Assembly: GCA_004431415.1 (NCBI GenBank)
Contig: QPMI01000100.1
Span: 290,908-354,907, forward strand
Origin: Cyanophora paradoxa CCMP329
Lineage: Eukaryota > Plantae > Glaucophyta
DNA length: 64,000 nt
Direction of reading: 5' to 3'
Shown here: positions 1 through 9,965 of the stretch, in pieces
Position numbering within the stretch: the stretch's first letter is position 1
Layout of the letters: the number at the start of each line of letters is the position of its first letter
The notes under the pieces: generated by a model
The model's database searches: none
What the model was told of the DNA's origin: nothing
Seen by the model: only the letters and a program-made list of their open reading frames with translations
Program-made: the position numbers and the translations under genes

Positions 1-12
1 TAGTAGCTATAG

Positions 13-1010
13 CTATGGGGCTTCCGCGGATAGTGATGGAAGGTACTCGCCATGCATATGGGAGGACTCGGCGGAGGCGGAGGAGGACGAGGGGGCAGGA
101 GCGGGGCCGGCGGGCCCGGGTACGGGAGCGGAGGCGGGCCCGGGTACGGGAGCCGGGGCGGGGAAGAAGGCGCCTATCTCGCGCTGCCTCACGTCCACCT
201 CCTCGAAGCCCACGCACTGCCGCCCGTACCCTCAGAGAGGGAAGGGAAGGAGCTGGGGAGGGGTACGGGATCGGACCTGGATGGAGAGGAGCGTGACGGG
301 GTACCGGGCGGTGCGGCGCCAGAGGATCAGAGCCGCCTTCACAATCGCGTCGCAGTCGTGCTGCACGTCCGCCTTGTGCTGCAGAAGGGCTGTACCCCCC
401 GCCTCCTCGCCCCCCGGGGCCTCCACCTCGCCGTCCGCCTCGGCGTCGTGCTCTGGGGCGGGCCGGGCGGGCGCGGGGCCTCCTAGGAGCTCGCGGGCGT
501 GACAGCTGAGGCCCGATGGTACGAGGCCGGCGAGGGACTCGGTACGCAGGCCCCTCATACCCCGCCAGATCAAATTCAGCGTCCGGGGCCGCCGCCGCCA
601 CGTCACGAAGTCTGCCGCCCATCGTGAGGCGCGCCACGCATCTTATAGCTGCGCGCACCGCACCGTGCCGCATCCGCTGTACGAGCTCTCGCGCTGTGGA
701 GCGTCAGCGAGATGGGCGGGGCGTGCGGATTCGCGGGGCGGCGGGGCGGACCGAGGATGTGGAGCCACTTGGTCACTCCCGCGAGGGAGTACTCCTGCGG
801 GGAATGTTGTCAGGCCTCAGGTCCCGCCAGCCCGGTCTCGCGGGCGGGCCACGGGGTACTACCTCGTTGAAGCTCTTCGCGGCCAGCATCGACTGCGGCG
901 AGCGGAGCTCTCAGCGGAAGAACGAAAGGGCCAGGGGGGCGCAGGCGCGCCTTGGGGCGGGTACGGGGGATGACGTCGGAATCCTCTACCCCCCGGACGA
1001 TGCGGTAGAG
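13..1010 (-). pseudogene. Partial duplicate of the DNA polymerase eta 3' half (little-finger region); lacks catalytic core and UBZ
   Basis: Near-identical to ~10630-11575 including introns (LYRIVRGVEDSDVIPRTRPK, SMLAAKSFNE, TWRRRPRTLNLIWRG, GFEEVDVRQREIGAFF), then ends early (...LSAEAP*). Confidence 0.75.
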
Positions 1011-1366
1011 CCCGCACAGCGGCGCACTCGCGCGCGTCCCCGGCGCGGGCCGCGGCGGCGCGGAGCCAGCCCGGGGCGGGCCCCTCTTCCCCGTCGGGCC
1101 GGTGCGCGACGGCGAGCACCGACCAGGCGTCGGGCCAGCGGGCGAGCTGGGCGGCGACGCCCCAGCCAGGGCCCGCACGCGGGCCTCGCGGTCCGAAAGG
1201 AACGCCAGCGCGGCGCCCAGGGCCGCCCCGCCGCACTCCGCGACGAGCGCGCCGGGGCTCCGGGAGGCCGCGTCCCCGTGGGCCGGCGCGTCCCGCGCCA
1301 GCAGCGTCAGCGCCCCGCGTAGCACCGCCGGCGCCGCCGTCCACCACCGGTCGGCGCGCCAGGTCC

Positions 1367-1656
1367 CCCGCCGACAGAGCCGCCAGCAGCTCGGCCGCGC
1401 GCACGCGCGCCGCGGCGGCGGTCAGGGAGGCGGCGGCAGGGGAGGACGGCGGCGGCGGCGGGGCCGCAGACAGAGCCGCCAGCAGCTCGGCCGCGCGCAC
1501 GCGCGCCGCGGCGGCGGTCAGGGAGGCGGCGGCAGGGGAGGACGGCGGCGGCGGCGGGGCCGCCGACAGAGCCGCCAGCAGCTCGGCCGCGCGCACGCGC
1601 GCCGCGGCGGCGGTCAGGGAGGCGGCGGCAGGGGAGGACGGCGGCGGCGGCGGGGC
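1367..1656 (-). repeat. Three tandem 96-bp units encoding a 32-aa repeat (APPPPPSSPAAASLTAAAARVRAAELLAALSA)
   Basis: Units start at ~1371, 1467 and 1563; visible in ORF 859..1800. Confidence 0.9.
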
Positions 1657-1694
1657 CAGGAAGCCGTCCGCGGGCGCGGCGGCGGCGAGGGGCG

Positions 1695-2455
1695 AGCCGG
1701 CTCCGCGAGCCGCAGCGCTTCCTCCCGCCGGGGCCTGCCACAAGGAATGGGTACGCAAGGAAAGGAAAGAAGACAGGGGCGGGCGGGGCGCGCGCACCAC
1801 TCGGCGCCGGAGAAGAGCGCGCGGGTGAGATGGCGAAGCCGATCCGGGGCGGAGAGGCGCTGCTCCAGGGCGCGCCCGAGGCGCCCGAACGGTCCCGGTC
1901 CCGGCAGCGCTGCGCGGTTCTCGAAACCGTCGTCCTCCGCGACCTCGCCCGCGGCACGGGCCAGCATCCAGGCGTCCAGCGGGCCCAGCGCCGCGGCCAG
2001 GCGGCCCGCCCCGTCCAGCCGCTCGGCGGCCGCGAGGACGAGTGCGGAGGCTGCGGAGGCGGCGGCCGGCTCCAGATCGTCAAAGGCCGCGGGAGAGGAG
2101 GTGGAAGAGCAGATCGCCCCCCTGGGCCACCCCCAAGGAACCGGCCGTCGTAGCGCAATAGGAACCGGCGTAGCGCAATAGGAACCGGCGGGCGACGGGC
2201 GATGGCAGTGGGCGGATGATGCGATATCGATCGTAGGAGGGTTCGGATCCCCGCCCGCGCTCGACGGGGCGACAACGATCAAAGCTGAAGCGCCGTCGGC
2301 CGGGGCGGCCTGCAGCTGCTCAGACGCCATCGCCGGCGCCGCCGCAGACCTGCAGAAGCGCCGGCGTAGGTACGCGGGCGTGGGCTCGACAAGCCACATT
2401 AAAGGAGCCGTTTCGTTTGCAGCTTCAGTTGCGGTATACCCCTCGTGCAGAGGCG
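1695..2455 (-). repeat. Segmental duplicate of the rotatin-like 5' region (~6690-7370, plus 2402-2455 matching ~7660-7715)
   Basis: Long near-identical stretches (LDAWMLARAAGEVAEDDG, LSAPDRLRHLTRALFSGAEW) with a shared intron. Confidence 0.85.
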
Positions 2456-3349
2456 TTTAAGGTGCACTTTCGGGTGTTTAAGCTAAGCTTGTCAAGGTGG
2501 CAAGGTGCTCAAGGCAAGGCGCAAGCTGCTGCCACACAAAATTTGTATGGAGCGGCATGGCCATGGTAGCCCCCCCAACAAGCAAGACGGGTACAGTACA
2601 CAGTTGCTTTTGCCGGGTAGGCAGTTACACCGGCCAAAGACTGTCCGGTCCGTGCGACCAGCTTAAAAGCACAGTATGCAGGCACCTGTCCTGCACCGAA
2701 GCGGAACCAGCACAACCAGCATCGAAGCAAGCGTGCACAAGCTGCCGTCGAAGCATAGCCTCTCCCAGGTCAACCAAAACGCGAAATCCCGTCCCTTCTG
2801 CGGTCTTACGACACAGAGTTGCAGATAAGAAACCGTTCGCAGCGGAGCAGCCGCTCGTTCACTTCCCGCAACCCAGCCGCGAGCAACCCGCGCGCTTCCA
2901 CCTCTTACAGTCCCCTCGTGCACGTGGTCACTCCCGCGGTGCGTGGCCATAGCTCCCGCGGATTCCGCGGCCGTCGAGTCGGCGCGGATCGATTTCTGCA
3001 GCTGGGCTGACATCGAATTCGCATGGAAGAGCAACGGCGACAGCGCAGAGCCTTGGGCTGCTGATCCTCGAGGCGTCGGCCACCGCGGCATGTCGAAGTT
3101 GGCGAAATCAGGCAAAGAACTTGCCGGGGCTGTGCGTCACGCGGGCAACCGTATCGGCGACGGGCTCAACCGTATCGGCGACGGAGTCGGCGGTGGACTC
3201 GTGGCCATTGCTCTGGCCATCTTTTACCGGCCCCCCTAGTAAGCGCCCCGATCCGCGCCTTCTCTGGCCTGGCCGTCGCCGAATACTGTTTAGATAGCTT
3301 CCTTGCTTGTCTGCCTTCTTTGAACCGCACCGAATTCACGAGACTTTGT

Positions 3350-6300
3350 GTTAAGGCGGTGCTTTCAAGCTACCGCAGGGCGGACCGAGCACGAGCACTT
3401 TAATTTGAGGAGGGAATTAAAGGGGTGTGGATCGGACAGACGGGCAGGGGTTGTGCCCGACCGTGGAGGGGATCGAGGGGCCCAGACGGGCGAGGAGGGG
3501 AGGGGAGAAGCATCCTGCATGGTGCCCCGCCGCGATATCCCCGCCTCCTCCTCCTCCGCCCCCGCACCGCCCCCGCGCCGCCGCCTGCGGGCCTCCCGCA
3601 GCAGCGCCCGGCCCGCCCCGCCCGCCCCCTCCGCGCCCTCCTCCTCCTCGCGCAGGGCGGCGGAGGCCGGCCGCTGCGACAGCTCCGCCTTGCGGGCGAG
3701 CAGGGCCCCCCCCCCCCGCGCCGGCCCCCTTCAGCGCCACCTTCACCTGGGCGGACGAGACGGGTAAGGCGCCGCTCGGGGACTCAGATCTGAGGCGGGG
3801 CGGGGGCGTGGGGCCGGGGAGGGCCTTCTGGTTGTTGTAGACGAGGGCCCAGAGGGCGCCCGCCGCGAGGGGCGCAGAGGCGCGCGCTGCCGCCCCGCAC
3901 CATCGCCAGCAGCTGCCGCAGCGCCATCTCTGAGGGGGGAACAAGAAGAAGTCAGAAGCGTTGGTGCGGGGGGAGAAAAGAGGGCGGGGTACTGGCCGGG
4001 GGCGAGGATGTGGGGCTTGGCCTCCTGCAGGAAGGCAAGGTTGCGCAGCAGCAGGGCGGCCCCGGCCCGCAGCGCGAGCCGCAGCGCCGCCGGCGCCCCG
4101 CGCCGCTCCTCCAGCAGCTCCACCGCGTGCGCCACCAGCCCTGGGGGGTACGCCTTCAGCGAGGCGCGCGGTGCGAACGAAGCGGGGCGGGGGCGGGGGC
4201 GGGGGCGGGGTACCCGGGGTGCGGACGATGGCAAGCTGGCCCTCATTTGTGAGAAGGCGAGGTTGCCGAGGAAGTGGAGGACGGCCGCCTGCCGCGCGGC
4301 GGCCGCCGGCACGCCCTCCCCGCCCCCCGCCGCCACCGACGAGGCCAGGAGCTCCTCCAAAGGGGCCCCGGGGCCGGCGGCGGCGGCGACGCGGGGGGCG
4401 CGCTCTCGGGCGACGCGGTCGAGGGCGGCGGCGCAGTCGGCGAGGAAGGCGGTGCGGGCGAGGGCGGCGCGGAACTCGGGGACGAGGGCCATCGAGGCCA
4501 GCGCGGCAAAGGCCGCCCCGTGCGCCGCCACGCCGAGCCGCGCCCGCCCCGCGAGCTGCAGCAGCAGCGCCGAGACCGAGGGCGCCCCCGAGGTTCGCCA
4601 CCAGGCCCAGCAGCTCCACCTGAGGGGGCAGGAGTCAGATCAGATCGGATCAAATCAGATCAGATCTGAGCCGACGAGAGGGGCCGACCTGGAGGGCCTC
4701 GCCCTCGCGGGCGGCGAGGGGCCAGAGCCGCTCGAGCAGCGCCGCGACGCGGAGGGCGAGGAGGGCGGCCTTGGCCTCGCCCGAGCCGGCCGCGAGGTTC
4801 TTGAGCAGGGCGAGCGAGAGCACGAGCTCCGCGCGCCGCCCCCGCCGGGGCCCAGCGACGAGGCCACTACGTGCGCCTCCTCGGCCGCCGCGATGAGCGC
4901 GGCCGGCAGGCCCGACTCGAGCGCCGCCCGCGTGCCCGTGCGCGAGGCCGCGAGCACGTTCACCAGCGCCCCGGCGATGGCGGCGCGGGAGCGGAGCTGC
5001 CGGCGATCCGGAGCCGCCCTCTCCAGCGCGCCCCGCGACGCCCCGTAGAGCCGCACGAGCCGCCCGAGAGCCGCGCGCCCAGCTCCCCGCCCCGCCGCCG
5101 CCGCCACCGCCGCCAGCCGCGTTCTCGGACGACGGCGGAGGCCGGGGCTGAGGCTCCGCCTCCCCCGCCTCCCTTCCGTCGAGGACGCGGCGCATGGCGG
5201 CGTCGGCCTCAGCGGTGAGCGTCGCGACGAGCTGGCAGGCCGCCAGCTGCGCCCGCCGGTCGCGCCCCTCGAGCGCCGCGCAGGCCCCGCGGAGCAGCGC
5301 GGGGGCCGCCGCCGGGCCGGCCTCGCCGAGCGCGGCGCGGGCCTCCGGGCAGCTGTGGAGCAGGTTCCCGACGGGCCGGTCAGCGGCTGAGGGGCGGGGC
5401 GCATGGCAGAACAGGCGCACCGGCGGAATGCGTCGGGCCACGTCGCGGCGGCGAAGGCGCGGGCGGCGGCGGGGTCGGCCTCGCAGAGGGCCCCGAGGCG
5501 TCCCAGCGCCGCCGCGCAGTCGGCGTGCGCCGCGGCGCCGGCGACCGCGTCCAGCGCCGCGCAGACGGCCGAGGACGGGTGCAGGCGCGCCATGGCCAGG
5601 GTCCCGTCCCGCTCCTCGGGCGTCAGGGCTCCCACGACGGCCTCGCCGGCCGCCGCCGCCGCCGATCTGAGGGCGCCGGAAAGGCCCCCGACCCGCTCCA
5701 GATGCCATGCCGCCGCGAGGGCGCGCGCGAGGCGCGGGCTCGCGGGGGGTACAGCGCCCTCCGCGGGGCCCTGCAGCGCGCAGGGCCGCACGGCGAACGC
5801 GAATCGGAAGGCCGCCGCGAGGGGCGCCGGGAGCGGCAGGCCGGCCCAGGGCCCCGGGGCGTCGGACCCCTCCAGGACCTCCCGGGCGAAGAGGGCGGGC
5901 GTACGGCATCCGCGGGCCTGCGCCTCCTCGTTGTCCGAGAAGAGGGCCCAGGCCAGGGCGGCCGAGGCCTCGCGAACGCGTCTGCGGAACAAAGCCGGTC
6001 ACACAAGGCGGGGGGTCTGGGAAGGGTGGGGGTACGGGGGTGGAACGCACAGGGTACGAGGGCGCGGAGCGACTCGGGCTCGTCTCTGAGGGTTCGGCGT
6101 ACCCCCGGAAGGAGCCGGCAAAGCGAGGAAAGGACGAAGGCTGCGGGGCCCTCGGCGCCGGCTCGATCGCCGCCCCGAGCGGCCGCGACCGCCTCGCGCT
6201 GCAGCCAGAGTATAAGCAGGGGTAGGGGGAAACAGGGAGGGGGCACGGGCGTACGAGGTTAGCGAGGGCCGAGCGGAAGAGAGACTAGCCCGCAAACGCG

Positions 6301-7324
6301 GCGCTGAAGCGCGGGTCTGCGGGCGGAGGGCGTGAGCGAGCGAGGGGGGTACATAGACGCCGGCGGGGCGCACCGCGGAGGGCGAGGGCGAGCTGCTCGG
6401 CGGCCGCGCGGCGCAGCTCGGGATCGAGGGCCGCCCCCTGGTAGATCCGCTGGAGCTTGGCCAACTCGGAAGCCTGGAATGAGCCCGCCGGCCCGCGCGC
6501 CGCCGGTCCCTCGTCGAAATCATCGCCAGGGGCGTCCGCGTCGAGAAGAGAGCCGAAGGGGTCCCTCAGGCGCCGCCCCAGCCGCACGCGGTCCTGCAGT
6601 GGGTATGGGGTCGGCACAGCGAGGCGGAAGGGGGGCACAGGAACACACGTGGCCGTCCAGAGCGTCGAGGAAGTCAGGGGCCGCCGGCTCGGCGAGCCGC
6701 AGCGCTTCGGCCGCCTCCCGCCGGGCCCTGCCCCAAGGAATGGGTACGCGGCACAGGAAAGGAAAGAAGACAGCGGCGGGCAAAGCGTGCGCACCACTCG
6801 GCGCCGGAGAAGAGCGCGCGGGTGAGATGGCGAAGCCGATCCGGGGCGGAGAGGCGCTGCTCCAGGGCGCGCCCGAGGCGCCCGAACGGTCCCGGTCCCG
6901 GCAGCGCTGCGCGGTTCTCGGAACCGTCGTCCTCCGCGACCTCGCCCGCGGCACGGGCCAGGACCCAGGCGTCCAGCGGGCCCAGCGCCACGGCCAGGCG
7001 GCCCGCCCGGTCCAGCCGCTCGGCGGCCGCGAGGACGAGTGCGGAGGCGGCGGAGGCGGCGGCCGGCTCCAGATCGTCCAGGCCGCGGGAGAGGAGGTGG
7101 AAGAGCAGATCGCCCCCCTGGGCCACCTCCAAGAGGCGGCACCGCTGCGGCCGTCGTAGCGCAATAGGAACCGGCGGGCGACGGGCGATGGCAGTGGGCG
7201 GATGATGCGATATCGATCGTAGGAGGGTTCGGATCCCCGCCCGCGCTCGACGGGGCGACAACGATCAACGCCGAACTTCGGAAGCGCCGCCGGCCGGGGC
7301 GGCCTGCAGCTGCTCAGACGCCAT
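3350..7324 (-). pseudogene. RTTN: Rotatin-like ARM-repeat gene, C-terminal part only; probable pseudogene
   Basis: Spliced peptides LDPELRRAAAEQLALALRD, LLKNLAAGSGEAKAALL, LLRNLAFLQEAKPHILA and GALWALVYNNQK|VKVALK resemble the rotatin C-terminus. In-frame TAG at 6285-6287; no rotatin N-terminal domain seen. Both ends approximate. Confidence 0.6.
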
Positions 7325-7869
7325 CGCCGGCGCCGCCGCAGACCTGCAGAGGCGCCGGCGTAGGTACGCGGGGGCCCGGGGCTGTACGCTTGGGGGCGTT
7401 GAACTCTACGGCTACAGGAAGTAGCGCACTCACCGTGCTAGCGTCCTCGAGTCGTGTCGCCGCGCGCGTGCTCGCTGACCTGCAATCAACGGACGCTTAG
7501 CGGCTGTCTCCGATTAGGCGGGCTTGTGGCTAGATGCCTCCGCAATAGCGATGCAATTTCATGCAAACACATCGGCGGGAACCATACTCCGTCGCCTTGT
7601 TCGCCTTGTTCGCAGCTCAGTTCGTGCCTCTGATGGCTCAGCAAGCCAAAGGACTCTTGAAAGGAGCCGCTTCGTTCGCAGCTTCAGTTGCGGTATTATA
7701 CCCCTCGTTCAGAGGCTCTGAGGCTCACGCTCCGGTCACGGCGATTCGAATCCGCCGGCATCAGCGCGGCGATTCGATTTCGCGGCGCGGCGAAGCTTGA
7801 GCTGGGGCGCGGCTAGACGATGCGAGCCCTTTAGCGACCGCAACGTGCATCTAGATCTTCAAGGTGGGC

Positions 7870-8608
7870 ATGTCCGAACAGGTGCGATGGGGCGCCCCTG
7901 CAGTGTGCTGTCCCCACGTTAATTTAACACGGATCATGGATCGTTGACTCCCCGAGGCATAGGCGCAGGCTGAGAATCCGGAGGTAATGGCGCAGTTGAA
8001 GGTGCGCGGCTGCACGATCGATCTTGGCTACTCATCGATGAATGTAACCTAATGCCGGCAGAGCCTTCTCGCCGCGGCGGAGAAGCGGGCGGATGAGGCG
8101 GAGAAGCGGGCGCATGAGGCGGAGAAGCGGGCGGATGAGGCGAAGAAGGGGGCGGATGAGGCGAAGCAGTTGTCACAACAAGCGTTGGACGAGAAAGAGC
8201 GGGCTCAGGTGCGCACCAGCGCTTGCGTGCATATGCTGACCGGAACCGCTCACTAAAACTCCGCAGGCGAGTGTTTTGTACAAGATTGCATTGTGGTTTG
8301 CTCGCTCTAAGTTCCCGTTTTGAATGTAGGAATGGAAAGGGTCCCTATTGGCTGGTGCAGCGGGCTGCAGTGTCGCTTTAGTCAGCTGTGTTGCACTGGG
8401 TTTCCGCTCCGCTGTAGAGGTGACCTCGTTTGGGCTGGTGTCGAGCGCTCTGCAGTGCTTTGGGTACTTCTTGCAGGCGATCTTCGCTCTTTTGACGACG
8501 AAGGTAGTCATGCGGCATCTAGATCTGAAGCGCGGGACCCTTATGCAGCTGCAGCCGGCTATAGCTGGCGCTGCTATCGGGCAGCCGGAGTCGACTATCA
8601 TTGTTTAG
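7870..8608 (+). CDS. Small multi-exon coiled-coil protein with heptad repeats (3' structure uncertain)
   Basis: MSEQ|AENPEVMAQLK|SLLAAAEKRADEAEKRAHEAEKRADEAKKGADEAKQLSQQALDEKERAQ joined by GT-AG introns. Confidence 0.4.
8077..8166 (+). repeat. 21-bp tandem repeat (GCGGAGAAGCGGGCGGATGAG) x ~4
   Basis: Direct inspection; encodes AEKRADE heptads. Confidence 0.85.
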
Positions 8609-9965
8609 CTAGCTATAAAGGGCCACTGACTTGCCGCGCGCGTCGACGTCAGTTGGGTCCGGGGAAGGGCATGTATACGTAACCGCGGCGTATCCGAAGA
8701 TCTAGATGCAGAGAGCAGGGACTTAAGCTTAAGCTTAAGAAGGCGCGCGGTGCACGTGGGCGGGCGAGCCGCCGTGCCGGCTCAGCGGCTCCGAGGCTGG
8801 CCATGCCAGGCGAGCTGTCCTCGCGATCGAGGCGAGCTGTCCTCTAGAGGTAGGTAGGCCTCGGGGCCTAGCTATATCGCGGGCCCCGGGGGCGGGGGAT
8901 GGCTCGAAATTGAACCTTGTGTACATGTGGACGTGCTCGAGCTCCTGCGCATGCGCATTCCCCGCGCGCGTGAGGCGTGGCGGGTGCACGAGTGCGCATG
9001 TGCTGCGGGTGCGTCACAGCATGCGCATGGCGCGAAGGCGCGCGGCGCCTAGGCCTAGGCCTAGGGGCTAGCGCTGGCCTAGGCCTCCGCGCGCGCGATC
9101 TGGGCGCGGGCGCGGGGACGCTGCTCAAGCTCACGCTCCGCTCAGAAAGCGGCCGGAGGGTCCGTAAGGGCGCTTGCGCAGCGGGCCAGCTCATGATCAG
9201 CGGCTGCAGCAAGCATGCGCATCGATATATATCGATATCGCGCGCGCGGGGGCTCTGCGTCGCGCGACGCGCGCGCCGCGCGGGCGTCGGCTTGTTGCAA
9301 GTGGCATAGCCGGCCAAGTGCGGCCGGCTTGCGGCCGGCTTGTGCAATTGCGCCGGGGCGTGCGCGGTTGGCGCGGGTGAAGCGTGCGCGGCTGGCGCGG
9401 CTAGCCGCTGAGCCACAGCAAGCTGCCGCGCGAGCGAGAGGCGTAACCATTGTTGAGCCGAGCCGAGCTGCGGCGCCGGCGCCGGGGGAGAAAGCGGCTG
9501 GGGGGGGGCCGTAAAAAGACTTTTGCAGGGTAACTTCGCACTCTCCAATGTGATTGGCTAGCGCGCGCGGCGTCCTCCCACGCGACCGCGCTCGTGCCCG
9601 GCCTCGTTTCTGCAGAACGGAATGTCAAGCATGATGCAAGCATTGACCTCGAACTGGTCGGGCCCGTATATCTGCTCCCTGTGCATCGCTAGACCCATTT
9701 TTGTCCCGGGTGTTGGTGCCTGTTCCTGGATCACCCTTTGGTCGGACGGGACCGGAAGACACGGTTTCGGGGTCCCCTGGGGATGGGCTTTCAGGGTGTA
9801 CCGCGCGGCCCGGGTTTTGAGGAGGTCGGGGAAACGCGATTTGGGGTAGGGTTGGACCCAAAGGAGAGGGACAGGGGAAGTGTTTAACCCTTCCCCAATT
9901 ATAGCTATAGTCTTATTACAGCTATAGCTATTATAGAGAGAAAAGAAGGGTACAAGAATGGTATG

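Noticed and set aside
2943-3239. Small ORF with NRIGDG repeat and hydrophobic C-terminus
   Set aside because: No recognisable family or firm start and exon structure
6285-6287. Alternative genetic code (TAG as sense codon)
   Set aside because: TAG appears to end other genes here, and no other in-frame TAG was seen in conserved exons
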